In this document: positions 44,201 to 57,559 of the stretch, piece by piece | Position numbering within the stretch: position 1 is the first letter of the stretch | Layout of the letters: every line of letters starts with the position of its first letter | Source: Chrysomallon squamiferum | Taxonomy: Eukaryota; Animalia; Mollusca | Direction: 5' to 3' | Length of the DNA: 64,000 bases | Assembly: GCA_012295275.1 (NCBI GenBank) | Contig: CM022671.1 | Location: 6,014,001 to 6,078,000, forward strand | The notes under the pieces: model-generated | Seen by the model: only the letters and a program-made list of their open reading frames with translations | Told to the model about the DNA's origin: nothing | Database searches by the model: none | Translations under genes and position numbers: made by a program

Positions 44201-45403
44201 CTATCTACCCACACTACATTGGCGATCTACCCACACACACTCACACTACATCTACACTGACTATCTACCCACACTCTACATACATTGACTATCTACCCAC
44301 ACTACATTGATCTATCTACCCTACCCACACTACATTGACTATCTACCCACACTACATTGACTATCTACCCACACTACATTGACTATCTACCCACACTACA
44401 TTGACTATCTACCCACACTACATTGACGATCTACCCACACTACATTGACGATCTACCCACACTACATTGACTATCTACCCACTACTCTACCCGCACATTG
44501 ACTGATCTACCCACACTACATTGACTATCTACCCACACTACATTGATCTATCTACCCGCACTACATTGATCTACCTATTGGCGATCTACCCACACTACAT
44601 TGGCGATCATTGGCGATCTATCCCACACTACATTAGCGATCTATCCACACTACACTGGCGATCTATCCACACTACATTGGCGATCTACCCACACTACATT
44701 GGCGATCTATCCACACTACATTGGCGATCTATCCACACTACATTAGCGATCTATCCACACTACACTGACTATCTACCCGCACTACATTGGCAATCTACCC
44801 ACACTACATTGGCGATCTACCCACACTACATTGGCGATCTATCCACACTACATTGGCGATCTATCCACACTACATTGGCGATCTACCCGCACTACATTGG
44901 CGATCTACCCGCACTACATTGGCGATCTATCCACACTACATTGGCGATCTACCCACACTACATTAGCGATCTATCCACACTACATTGACTATCTACCCGC
45001 ACTACATTGGCGATCTATCCACACTACATTAGCGATCTACCCATACTACATTGACTATCTACCCACACTACATTAGCGATCTACCCGCACTACATTAGCA
45101 ATCTACCCACACTACATTGGCGATCTACCCGCACTACATTGGCGATCTACCCACACTACATTAGCGATCTACCCGCACTACATTAGCGATCTACCCGCAC
45201 TACATTAGCAATCTACCGCACTACATTGGCGATCTACCCGCACTACATTGGCGATCTACCCACACTACACTGGCGATTTACTCGCACTACATTGGCAATC
45301 TACCCACACTACATTGGCAATCTACCCACACTACATAGGCAATCTACCCACACTACACTGGCGATCGACTTCTCGATCACTGTCGACGTATTGGGCTCTC
45401 CTG
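41250..45403. mobile_element. Non-autonomous hAT-superfamily (Charlie-like) element carrying an internal satellite
   Basis: Left end CAGGGATGCACAA; right end TTGGGCTCTCCTG (reverse complement CAGGAGAGCCCAA), forming imperfect TIRs. Identical 8-bp TSD TTTTAAAT at 41242-41249 and 45404-45411. No transposase. Confidence 0.85.
41484..45367. repeat. 22-bp tandem satellite (GGCGATCTACCCACACTACATT and variants), roughly 175 units by length
   Basis: Period of 22 visible (e.g. 41881 and 41903). AGCGA, GACGA, GACTA and TATCC variants occur. Confidence 0.97.
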
Positions 45404-45639
45404 TTTTAAATCTAATCATTTGTGATTAAGGACTACATAGATCATGATAACGATAATGATAGCAACGTTGATGTCGGTAATGTTGGTAGTGACGATGTTT
45501 ATGATGATCATGATGATTGTCATAATGATGACGGTGATAATGATGACGGTCATGATGATGATGACGATGATACATTCTGGCGGAAAGTCATTGGCTTCTC
45601 ATGACAGTAAATGATATTTTGGTGCATCTTCCTATTAAC

Positions 45640-45722
45640 CAAACCCTTGGAGGATCAGATCTTGCGACACAACACACATCACATGTAGACTTCGATCTCT
45701 ACAACTGAGCTACTCACAGTCT
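45640..45722 (-). mobile_element. Possible decayed tRNA-derived SINE head
   Basis: Minus strand has GTAGCTCAGTTGTAGAG (A-box-like, 45697-45713) followed by a degenerate B-box-like AAGATCTGATCC. No tRNA cloverleaf evident. Confidence 0.35.
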
Positions 45723-45895
45723 CTTCTTTAACACACTGTTGTCATAACAACCACGTATTTTTAGTTGGTTTGTTTTAGTTTTTACCCTTTCCTCCCAATT
45801 ATGTTGTCACGTACTTCGATTTCCAATAGACCTGCGTTTTTTTTTTTTTTTTTGTTTTGTTATTGTTGTGGTTGGTTTAATTTATTTTTTTATAG

Positions 45896-45933
45896 AAGTA
45901 TGAAGAATTATTTACTGAAGCTGTAGCTATTGT

Positions 45934-45978
<45 letters not shown>

Positions 45979-46330
45979 CTATGATGAATTATTTACTGAA
46001 GCTATAGCAATTTTACGTGTGTGTGTGTATGTGCGTGTCTGTGTATGTGTGTGTATATGAACTATGATGTATTATTTACTGAAGCTATAGCAATTTTACA
46101 GGTGTGTGCGTGTGTGTGTGTGTGTGAACTATGATGAATTATTTACTGAAGCTATAGCAATTTTACGTGTGTGTGTGTATGTGTGTGTGTGTGAACTATG
46201 ATGAATTATTTACTGAAGCTATAGCAATTTTACGTGTGTGTGTGTATGTGCGTGTCTGTGTATGTGTGTGTGAACTATGATGAATTATTTACTGAAGCTA
46301 TAGCAATTTTACGTGTGTGTGTGTGTGTGT
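45896..46330. repeat. Compound minisatellite: ~41-bp constant unit (GAACTATGATGAATTATTTACTGAAGCTATAGCAATTTTAC) plus variable (TG)n, 6 copies
   Basis: Read directly from the sequence. Confidence 0.95.
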
Positions 46331-47634
46331 GTGTCTGTGTGTGTGTGTGTTCACAACGACGCAATGGGCGCTACCCGACAAAATGACAATCATTGCAAAA
46401 TGCTGTATGTAAACCAATCACTTTGCTTTCCTAGAATGATTAATTAATTAATTATCATTATCACCGTGATTCACAATAAAACTAAGTGGTAATGTGGTGT
46501 ATATCTCTTTCACCATGTTCTGTGATCTAGGGAAGAAATGACCATGACGTCTTGCAAACTGGGCTTCAAACCACTGACATCAGCGAAAAGAAGCAATTTA
46601 ATAAACAAAATCTGCATATTATTTTTATCTGAGACGTTAGAGTTACGTCCCTTAGTTGAAAACAACACTTTTAGACATTCAATTTTATTTTATTTTTACA
46701 TTTATTTTATTTTTTCCCCCTTATTTTTCACACTAAATCCAAAAAGTTTACACCTAAAAGTATTGTTATAGATATATAACATAAATATATATACACATTA
46801 TTTCACTAATTTCAGTTGATTAAGTTGATTAAGTGTATAACACTGACCACAGAAGATTCGAGAAAAAAATAGTTGTGAAGAACAATAATTTATTTCTTAC
46901 TTTTTAAATGAATTCTATTTTCTAAAAGGTCTTTTACGATCTAAACCTGCAATTAAACATTAAAGAACTAACCTTGAATAATGTATATGTACATACCAAA
47001 GATTTTTTTTTTTTTTTTTGTTTGTTTTTTTGTTTGTTGTTGATACTTACAGAAAATATCGAAATTTATTGAGTCACCGTATTAGGCCACTATTTATATT
47101 GATTGCAGGATAAATATGTATAATTAGCCTACAAGCGTATCGATTGTTGGATGGGATATTTCATTTTTCTATGCATTCCAAAATAAATTACCTTCTACAT
47201 TGATCTAGACGTAAACACGAAACACGGGATTTGAAGTAACGACAGATGTCGACTACGTTGTACATGTTGATTTGCTTCAGTCACTTCTGGTATTCCACGC
47301 CACTGACTGTTTATTTTGTATATCCTAAGGTCAAAACAAAGAAGTAAATCAGTATTTTAACTGTTCACATTTTATTCAAATAATATTCACAGATAAACTA
47401 TACTTAAAATTTGGAGTTCAGTAATACATTATGTGTTGTCTTTTAAAACGTTCGTCACTAGGTGTATAAATCTTTATGTTAGAGGGATTGTGTTTAACCA
47501 GGGATTATGTATAAAGTCTGATTCACTCAGAAATAATGTATAATCTCTATGTATATATCAGGTATTAAACATACTCCCTGAACTATTTTGACTTGTTATC
47601 GCATTGTGGTAAGTAGGTTCTAACTTGCTGTTGA

Positions 47635-48135
47635 TAACATAAAGAATGTAAGTTCTTCTTTGAACTTATAATGTTTATATAAAGACCAGGCAATTGTTTT
47701 GACAAATGTAAATTTTTCTTTGAAGTGATAGTAAGTAACAGGTAATTGTTTTGACAATTGTAAGTTGTTCTTTGAAGTCACAGTAAGTAACAGGTAATTG
47801 TTTTGACAAACGTAAATTGTTCTTTGAAGTTATAGTAAGTAACAGGTAATTGTTTTGACAAACGTAAATTGTTCTTTGAAGTTACAGTAAGTAACAGGTA
47901 ATTGTTTTGACAATTGTAAGTTGTTCTTTAAAGTGATAGTAAGTAACAGGTAATTGTTTTGACAATTGTAAGTTGTTCTTTGAAGTGATAGTAAGTAACA
48001 GGTAATTGTTTTGACAAACGTAAGTTGTTCTTTGAAGTCACATTAAGTAACAGGTAATTATTTTGACAAACGTAAATTGTTCTTTGAAGTGATAGTAAGA
48101 AACAGGTAATTGTTTTGACAAATGTAAGTTATTTC
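47635..48135. repeat. 52-bp minisatellite (ACAGGTAATTGTTTTGACAAACGTAAGTTGTTCTTTGAAGTGATAGTAAGTA), ~9 copies
   Basis: caggtaatt recurs at 47791, 47843 and onward. Confidence 0.95.
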
Positions 48136-49101
48136 TTTATCTGCATCTGGAATACAATATTCTGCTGTTTTTTTTTTACACATTAATATGACGTGTTTGT
48201 GATAGTAATAAATAAAAACCCCAACCATTGATGGCAACACTCGCAAAAACCTTTTGAGTAACTTATCTAAGACACATGATGTAATGTTCACAATGTCATT
48301 CCATTCATCCATGACGTAATAAAAACTTTTGTTAAAAATTACCATCACTTTATTCTGCTAATATTCTGCTTGATATATGTGCATGTGAAAATCTGTTTTT
48401 CAAAGCTGAGATAAAAAATAAAAAACAACAACAACAAATAGCTGTTTAATATTTCAGATGGTTACTAATGAAAGTCATTAGTAGAAGAAAATCTATTCTC
48501 CTTTTCGACTGTCGAAATAATTACCTTCTCATTATTTAAAGAAGAACTTACATCTGTTATATGTTATCAAAGAAAATTTAATTACAATGATAGAACTACG
48601 ATAGGTAAAAAGAGAAATTCAATTATTATATACATTACCAGATATTTTCAGTGATTTTTTTTTTGTGTAATTCCTGAGTAGATCAGACATCATACATAAT
48701 ACCTCAAAAGCTTAGATTATACATAATCCTTAGTTACATAAATTCCCTGTAATACAGATATACATACATACATAGATACCTATATACATACATACATACA
48801 TACATACATACATACAGAATAAGAGCAATTAAAGGTAATTTAAAATAAATGAAATTAACAAATAATTAAAATTGTATGCATATATGTGTGTGTATATATG
48901 TATATGTATGTGTATATATGAGTGTTTTTGCTTTGGTTTCAAAGACAGGGTCTGTCGACTTTATATTTACTGCAAAAATATTAAATAGTATTTGATTTAT
49001 TATTTATTATTATTATTTTGAACATACAGAGTACTATATATATGTATATATTTGTGTATGTGTTTGTGATATATATATATGTATATGTATATATCTATCT
49101 A

Positions 49102-49153
<52 letters not shown>

Positions 49154-49718
49154 TATATACAGATAAACATACATACAGACACATACACACATACATACAT
49201 GAACAATTATTTATTTATTTATTTATTATTACTATAGTGTTATTAATGTTGTTGTTGTTATTATTACTATTATCACTTATACTACAACTACTACTATTAT
49301 TATTTTTTTTATTATTCCTACTACTACTACTACTACTACTGTTACTACTACTACTACTATTAATACTACTACTACTACTATTATATAAAAACCCGCACAA
49401 AAGATAATGCATATTGTGGTTAAGTTTAATTTTTTTTAATGTATGTTTATGTTAACTCTGAGTTTTTGGTGAAAAAATAAAAACGTGTTAGATAAGTGTG
49501 TGTGATCGAGTGCAGAGTAAAATTTCCACTCTGAAATACACGGCTTAAGACACAATGAAGTTGATTCGTCCTGAATCTTTATCTTGTTAATGAATGCGTA
49601 CAAATTTCTTAACTATAATATTATATTTATAATGAGATATCGAGTTCGTATGGAGACGGCTAAATGACCTTTTCATTATCCTTGTTAACAACAATATCCA
49701 AATATATATATATATATA

Positions 49719-51152
49719 CTCTCCCAAAAAAGTAACGCAAAAATATATTTTATTGACATTGGGAATATCTATCTAATGGATCAACAGAAAGCAGCAGAAT
49801 GTTCACATTTTACACACACTTTCGCAATTCATTAATATTGATGGTATTACATTGAAAAGGTTAGAATTCAAGGTTATAACAGTATAATATCAATATCTTC
49901 TGTGCCCACCATGGGAGTTCAGAACTGCCTGACATCTCTTTCCCATGGCAGTAATGACATTACAAATTACACCTTGTGGAATGATGGCCCACTCTGTCTG
50001 TAGTAATAATGCCAACTGAGCACGATTCTGTGGCTGTGGTTGATGCTGCCTCAGTCGTCTATCCAAATCGTCCCATAAATGCTCTATAGGGTTCAAATCC
50101 GGAGCGTTAGAGGGCCAGGGCAGGACCTGAATGTTATTGTTGTGTAGGTACGCTGTTGTGAGTCAGGCTGTATGTGGTCTCGCATTGTCGTGCTTTAATA
50201 CAGCGTTACCAATATTCATAATTGGAGCGACATGTGGCTGCAAAATTTAATCTCGGTATCTCTGTGCCGTTAAGTTGCCTTGGATGTGAACCAGGTTGGT
50301 CCTGCCAGTGTACGAGATTGCTGCCCACACCGTCACACTACCACCGCCAAATCTGTCCGCTTCCTGTGTGCATCAGCAAAACGTTCACCACGTCGAAGCA
50401 GAAATCGAGCCTCGTCACTAAACCAGAGAGTTCTCCATCGTAACTGAGGCCAGACACTGTGCAGTTGACACCACTGACGTCGTAGTCGACGATGTTGTTG
50501 AGTCAAAACCACTCTTCGTACCGGCCGTCTGGCTTCATTCCAGCCTCGCGTAAACGATTGCGCACTGTCTGAGCCGATATTCTACACAGACCTGGTATTG
50601 CTGAAGCAGTAGAGGTAGCCGTGGTGGTTCTTTCCCGTAGATGAAGTACCCGTATGTAGCGGTCCTGGGCCCTGGTGGTTACACGTGGTCTACCTGATCT
50701 GGGACGGTCACGTGTTGTTTGGTGTTGCTGGAACTGATACCACAATCTCAAGATGGTGCCTGGGGACACATGGAACATCCGGGCTATGGCTGATGGAACA
50801 CCGGCCGATGGCGTTGTTTCATTGGCTCAGTCGTGGTATTTGTTTTATGTTGGGTCAGAACAAAAATAACGAACAGACGTCTTCGAAAACCTTGCATTTT
50901 TATAACCCTCGTATTCACGTTTCTTGTGCTGCACGTGCACATGCACTGGTAACGTGGTTTGCATGCGGGGACGTTTTGGCTAATAAACACGATCATAGCC
51001 TTTATTCTGTGTTACCTGCTTTTTGGCGACTGTAACAAAAGCTATACGTTTGAATCACCAAATGTCATTATATTCATAGTTTGTACATTGATATGTGTCA
51101 GTTTACAATAGTTATCTAACAAATCAACCATTTTGCGTTTCTTTTTTGGGAG

Positions 51153-51154
<2 letters not shown>
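49719..51154 (-). mobile_element. Tc1/mariner (Tc1, DD34E) DNA transposon with both ends, decayed
   Basis: TIRs CTCTCCCAAAAAAGTAACGCAAAA and TTTTGCGTTTCTTTTTTGGGAGAG (1 mismatch). TA on both sides (49717-49718, 51155-51156); ~1.44 kb. Confidence 0.95.
49890..50839 (-). pseudogene. Tc1 transposase pseudogene
   Basis: HTH region with RPRSGRPRVTT and SAQTVRNRL; catalytic WFSDEARF, HDNARPH and PDLNPIEHLW with 34 residues between D2 and E. The presumed start reads ATA, and there is an in-frame TGA plus frameshifts. Confidence 0.93.
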
Positions 51155-51208
<54 letters not shown>

Positions 51209-51280
51209 CACATACACATACATACATATATATGTATGTATATATATATATATCTATATCCATATTTATCTTAATATCTA

Positions 51281-51325
<45 letters not shown>

Positions 51326-51337
51326 ATATATATATAT

Positions 51338-51370
<33 letters not shown>

Positions 51371-51380
51371 CATACATACA

Positions 51381-51416
<36 letters not shown>

Positions 51417-51432
51417 GATATACACACACACA

Positions 51433-51470
<38 letters not shown>

Positions 51471-52167
51471 ATATATATATATATAAAAAAAAAAAACACA
51501 AAACAAACAACATACGCATTCAAAAAAAAAAATATAATAATAATAATAATAAAAAAAAAAAAAAAAAATAAGTAAAAAATAAATAAATAAAATAAAGCTT
51601 TCAAACATATCATTCCAATCAAGGGACGTTCAGCTGAAAAAGGAAATGAACACTGAATGTAATGAATGCCGATGAACCGACGTCATTAAATTTATTCAGA
51701 TTTAATAACGACATTAGTATACTAATGTGAAAACCACCAGCATTAAGTGATTTATAGTTATAAATACATCAATCACTTTGACAGTTTGACGTGTGTTTAT
51801 ATTTGTGTACGTATACAGTGTCAGACTGTGTATATAATTGTATGGTATGTGTGTGTCAGCAATATATTTAAAAACAGTGGTTGAATACTAAATTTGTCGG
51901 ACTAAACATTTTATTAATAAATCCTTGTCAAGTTGAAACTAATATATTATATTTATTTTGACAAGTCCAGTCGTACTACAACATAACTGATGTTTGAATA
52001 CGGATTGATGTTAGTGTTAATACGGCCATTCTGAGTGAAAAAAAAAAAAAAAAGTTTTTTGAAATGCTGAATCTGAAGAACCTCACTTTCAAATACGTCT
52101 GGTCAAACTTCCATTCCACTTGAATCCATGTAGCAATAGTTTTATCTTTTTTTTCTGTTTAAATATG

Positions 52168-52230
<63 letters not shown>

Positions 52231-52343
52231 AATAAATAAATAAATTGCAGTCTGAACTTTTCATTGTGTATGATTATTCATAATAGGTATATTTATGTAT
52301 ATAATAATAATAATATGTTTATATCTGTGTGTTTAAATTTATT

Positions 52344-52440
<97 letters not shown>

Positions 52441-52627
52441 CTTTCTGTTTTTCTGTCTATCCATCCTTTCATCTATCTATCTATCTATCTATCTCTCTAT
52501 CCATCCTTTTACCTGTCTATCCATCCTTCTTCCATCAATCTATCTGTCTATATATCTATCTATCTATCTATCTGTCTATTTGACTGTTTGTCTGTCCGTA
52601 TATCTGTTCTTCCGTCTACCTACCTAC

Positions 52628-52699
<72 letters not shown>

Positions 52700-53225
52700 T
52701 AGACATATAAACTTCTTTTTATCTATATTCAAAAATGTTACAAAAAAAGTTATGCTATTTTTTTTTTTTTTTAAATTAATAATTAAAAATCCTGTTTGTT
52801 TTACTTTCTAATGCTCGCTCTGTAGAGTCATTTCAGAATTTAAATACTGACGTAATTAGCTTCGCTTAACCCCTGGGTCCCCAAATGTTTTATACCGTCA
52901 ACCCCTTCATGGAATCTGTGATCCCTCATCGACTCCCAGGCAGGTGCTAAAAATTAAAATAATTATAATAATTACAACGATGTGCAGTTTCCAAGCAGAC
53001 TGCACACCAAAGCCTACTTTCAATATACTGAAAACTCTTACCAAGCCCTGTGAAATGTTATTCTGTATCTCCCTCCCCTCTGAATATGAAACACAGGGAA
53101 ATAAAATATTTAACCTGTTTATATTTATGCTTTCGTGGATAGGATTTATTTTCAATATAGTGTTATATATTGCACTCGTAAATTAAGCTTTTCATAATGC
53201 AAATTCTACAATACATCTGGTGTAT

Positions 53226-53265
<40 letters not shown>

Positions 53266-53380
53266 TGTTTGTTTCAGAACAACTTTAAAAAATGTTAGGT
53301 AAGATATACATTTTTTTAAATAATCGACAATTTGTCTTTTGAAATGTCATTGATAATAATAAAAAAAGAAGAAGAAGACG

Positions 53381-53680
53381 AAAAATACTAGTAACAATAA
53401 CAAGAATCAATGAAATTGCTGCAAAATAAATAAATAAATAAAAGACTAAACAAATAATAAACAAACAAACAAACAAATAAACAAACAAACAAATAAACAA
53501 ATAAAAAAAAAAAATTGAAATAAATAAAGAAATTACAAAAACAGAAATAAGCCAGTTTTGCCTATGATTCACTAACTTTTATTTTATTATTTGTTTGTTA
53601 GTTTATTACCTTATTTTATTTTATTTTATTTATTTATTTATTTGTTTATTCATTTGTTTGTTTGTTTATTTATTTATTGT

Positions 53681-53727
<47 letters not shown>

Positions 53728-53787
53728 TTGTTTATTTATTTATTTTGCAGCAATTTCGCTGATATTGTTATTGTTACTAGTATTTTT
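53381..53787. repeat. Long imperfect inverted repeat
   Basis: aaaaatactagtaacaataacaagaatcaatgaaattgctgcaaaataaata pairs with tatttattttgcagcaatttcgctgatattgttattgttactagtattttt. Inner arms are (AAAT/AAAC)n and (TTTA/TTTG)n. Confidence 0.85.
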
Positions 53788-54159
53788 ATTGTTGTTGTGT
53801 TGGTTATTTATAAATCTACCGTGTAATTTGTATAAAATATATGGTCGTAGATCTGAATAAATTGGCTAGATCTCAAATTTCTGTTCTGCTATATATCAAA
53901 CTGTTAGGAACAAAGCTATCCATATTCGATTCTTATTAGGTTGCAAAATCGAGAGAAAAAAAAAAAAAAAAAAAAAAAAAAAACCGCCACCTTTGTGAAA
54001 TAATTAGCTCTATATACCTGAACATATAACATTATTTTTTTTATCAGTGTTGGCGAATTCCCAATAATCAGTAGAGTTAAGTAATATGAGGTAATCTTAT
54101 TATCTTTGTCTGTAACAAACAGAATGTACTTTACATGATTACTGTTGTATGTGCTGTTA

Positions 54160-54296
54160 TATTTATTTATTTATTTATTTATTTATTATTATTATTATTA
54201 TTGTTGTTGTTGTTGTTGTTATTGTTACTACTACTAGTACTATTACTATTACTATTATTACTATCATTTTTATTGTAATAATAATAATAATAATAA

Positions 54297-54327
<31 letters not shown>

Positions 54328-54481
54328 TACTATCATTTGTATTGTAATAATAATTATTATTTTTATTATTATTACTATTATTACTAATACTATTATTATT
54401 ACTATTAGTATTATTATGATTATTATTACAACTATTACTATAATTACTATTATTATTATTTTTACTATTATTAATATTGCA

Positions 54482-54532
<51 letters not shown>

Positions 54533-54533
54533 G
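54160..54533. repeat. Degenerate (ATT)n tract
   Basis: Read directly from the sequence. Confidence 0.9.
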
Positions 54534-55003
54534 TATGGAGACTTGCATAAAAGATACTAGGTTCTGTATTTAAGTTTTGACTGTTATTTAATCTGATACG
54601 ATGATACGACGGTACAATATTAATAAATAAACAAGTGATGTGTACCCTCCTGTGTACCAAATGAGCTAATACATTTCTCTAAAATATCTATGCTTGTTTG
54701 ATGATGACGATAATGATAATGATGATGAACGTGATGATGACGACATTAATAATAATGATAATAATAATAAGAAGAAGAAGAAGAAGAAGAAGAAAAATGA
54801 GAAAAAGAATAACAGCAATTAAAAAAGTAATTTAAAATAAATAAAATAAACAAATAATTAAAGGTGTACATATGTATATATGCGTGTATATGTATGTGTA
54901 TATGTGTGTGTCTTTGTCGTTTGTTTTCAGAGTCGACTTTATATTCACTGCAAAAATATTAAATAGTGTTTGATTTATTATTTATTATTTTGAATATAAA
55001 GAG

Positions 55004-55046
<43 letters not shown>

Positions 55047-55110
55047 CATACATACATATATATATATATGTATGTATGTGTGTGTGTATGTATGTATGTA
55101 TGTATGTATG

Positions 55111-55147
<37 letters not shown>

Positions 55148-57559
55148 CTATATTAGAGGGAATATATGTAACCAAGGATTATGTATAATCTGTAAGCTTT
55201 TGAGGTATTGTGCATGAATTCTGAAGCAATATGTCAGGAACGACGTAAAAAAAATCACTGAAAAAATATATATATCACTGTCTCTTTCTGGAATTTTCTG
55301 GATGATGGTCATAAACTCTCTACAGACTGTGGAAGTACAAATAAAAATCACTTCCGGGCAAGTTTTGGAGATTGCATTACAAGGTCTGTGCAGAGTTTGT
55401 GATCATCTCCAGGTTATTACGACACTGGCAAATAAAGGTCAGTGTAATTTGATGATCGTGGTTGGCCAGGATTATACAAAATGGTCGATTCCTATCATCC
55501 CAGGTTATTGCTGGGAATTTTTATCCGAATATTTTTAACCATTGTTTTATACCATTACGAATTAGTTTCAGAATCTTATGGCTGTTTGAATATAATATAT
55601 TGTTATTTATTTCTGTATTTCTGTATTTTATTTATTTTTGTTTTATTTATTTGTTTGTTTATTTATATTGTACAAGGAGAATCAATACATATTAAAAGAA
55701 ACATCTCTGTTCAAAATAAACAACATTTATTCTTTCTCTTTTACGTTTTCTGCGGTGCTGTTAAATCTTTCCTTCACGTGATAAGCGTTCGTGAACAAAT
55801 ATTTGAAACTTAAAACTGCCCTGTGTATTATTATTTAATAATAATAATAATAATAATAAAAACGTAATAATAATAATAATAGCAACAACAACAACAACAA
55901 TAACAACAATAAAATAAGCCAACAATATATCTAACAAACAAATATATAAAAATTAAAATAAATATTTTACGTAAATAGAAGGATATCACCATTTTATTTT
56001 TGTTTACCTAAAGCAGCTGCAGTATTTATTCATCATCTTAAACAAAAGAAATAAATTAAATATGTCTTCTAAATTATTTCTTTCAAAAATCGAAACACTA
56101 AACCCTTCCTTTGTTGTTTTAAATAATAAGCCGGGGAGGAATTTTTTATTTTTATTTTTTTTTTATCATTATTATCCAATTAAAGTTCACCAATTCTCTC
56201 TCACAAGCCGCCACGTTTTCCATGACAACAAGCGCCATATCGATTTATTTTTAGAGAAGCAGACGGCTATATTTTTGTACGTCGATAGACACGAACAAAC
56301 TGCGTCGTGTTTACGTAGTGATAAATACATTCTGGCAACGAGCCAAAGTTCTGGCCGGCTGTTATAAGAATAATACCATAACGTGGGTGTGAAAATAGGC
56401 CTGCTTTTATTTTTTTATTGTTATTATCATCTGTTTTCTTTCTTTTTTAATCTCACATTATGCGAACTCTGTTTTTATCGTAACAATCCTACAGCTGTCG
56501 TTTTTATGGTTATTTACTGCTTTCATTTAAAAAAAAAAGGAAAATAATTATTACTTACTCCTGTGTAATTGTTATGTGATAGAATATTTATTGATTTTGT
56601 GGGCGTGCTGAATGTATGGTTAGTAAATAATTTTGTTATGCTTTTATAGTCGTCTGCAATAGTATTTTAGAAGAATAATTTCATTTGCAAACATATATGA
56701 TATAAATGATAAAATGTTGAATATAAACATGAAATATGTTATGTTTCCTTTATAAAACAATATTCTCAAAAATTTACAAACGTAACAGTATATGTTATTA
56801 ATTTCCTTTTCTTCTTCTTCTTCTTCTTTTACTTGCCTTCAGTTTAGACATTTTTTGCAATATTAGTTTCTATTACGTAAATTTTATAGTTATATTTGGA
56901 CAAGAAACGTGTATGTATGTGTTGTGTGTTCGTGTTTCTATGAATGTATCTTACCGTGTGTGTGTATATATGTGTATACATATGAGTCTATATGTATACA
57001 TATGAGTGTGCGTATTTATATGCGTATGTATGCAACGACAATGAATTAAGAGAAAATTAGACTCAATGGTTTTAAATATTTTATTCTCTTTTTTTAACGC
57101 CTCTTTTTAAAACATTTCTTAAGTGTGGGATCTGTAGATTAAATGTTCTACTATGATACGATGTAATGTAGTTATAAACCTTTATTTATTATAAAAATAC
57201 AGCTTTTATCATCGTCCTTTGCTCTCATAATGGTTACAAGAGGGTGATACTGCCAAATTTAAGCCAATAATTCTCGTAACAATAACTTACAACTCTGCCG
57301 GTCAGAGGCAAAACCTTTTCTTGTGAAATTCACCAAGATAAACTATCAGTACACTATGCATTTACGTTTTGTTTTAATATGTCATCTAAAAAAGCGATGA
57401 AGCCATTTTCTTCTTCTACTCTTTTTTTTTTGTAGTTATTTTTGTTTTTGTTTTCAGCGAAAGCAATGAACTCATTCTTTCTTTTCATTATTCGATCTTT
57501 TCGTGACGTTGTTGACCCGATCTCAGACACAAAGGCAATCAACTTGATTCCCAGGCCTC

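Noticed and set aside
41327-45429. Overlapping ORFs with LAIYPHYIGDLPTLHWRSTHTT repeats
   Set aside because: Translation artefact of a 22-bp unit cycling through frames; broken by TAG/TGA variants and enclosed in a non-coding MITE.
45896-46330. CRISPR-like repeat-spacer appearance
   Set aside because: Spacers are only (TG)n microsatellite, the context is eukaryotic and no cas genes are present.
53042-53047. 6-nt microexon-like cacag|GGCTTG|gtaaga on the minus strand
   Set aside because: No host gene identified and the pyrimidine tract is poor.
55302-55538. Non-repetitive 78-aa ORF (MMVINSLQTV...)
   Set aside because: No recognisable domain and no consistent exon chain. BLASTX would be needed.
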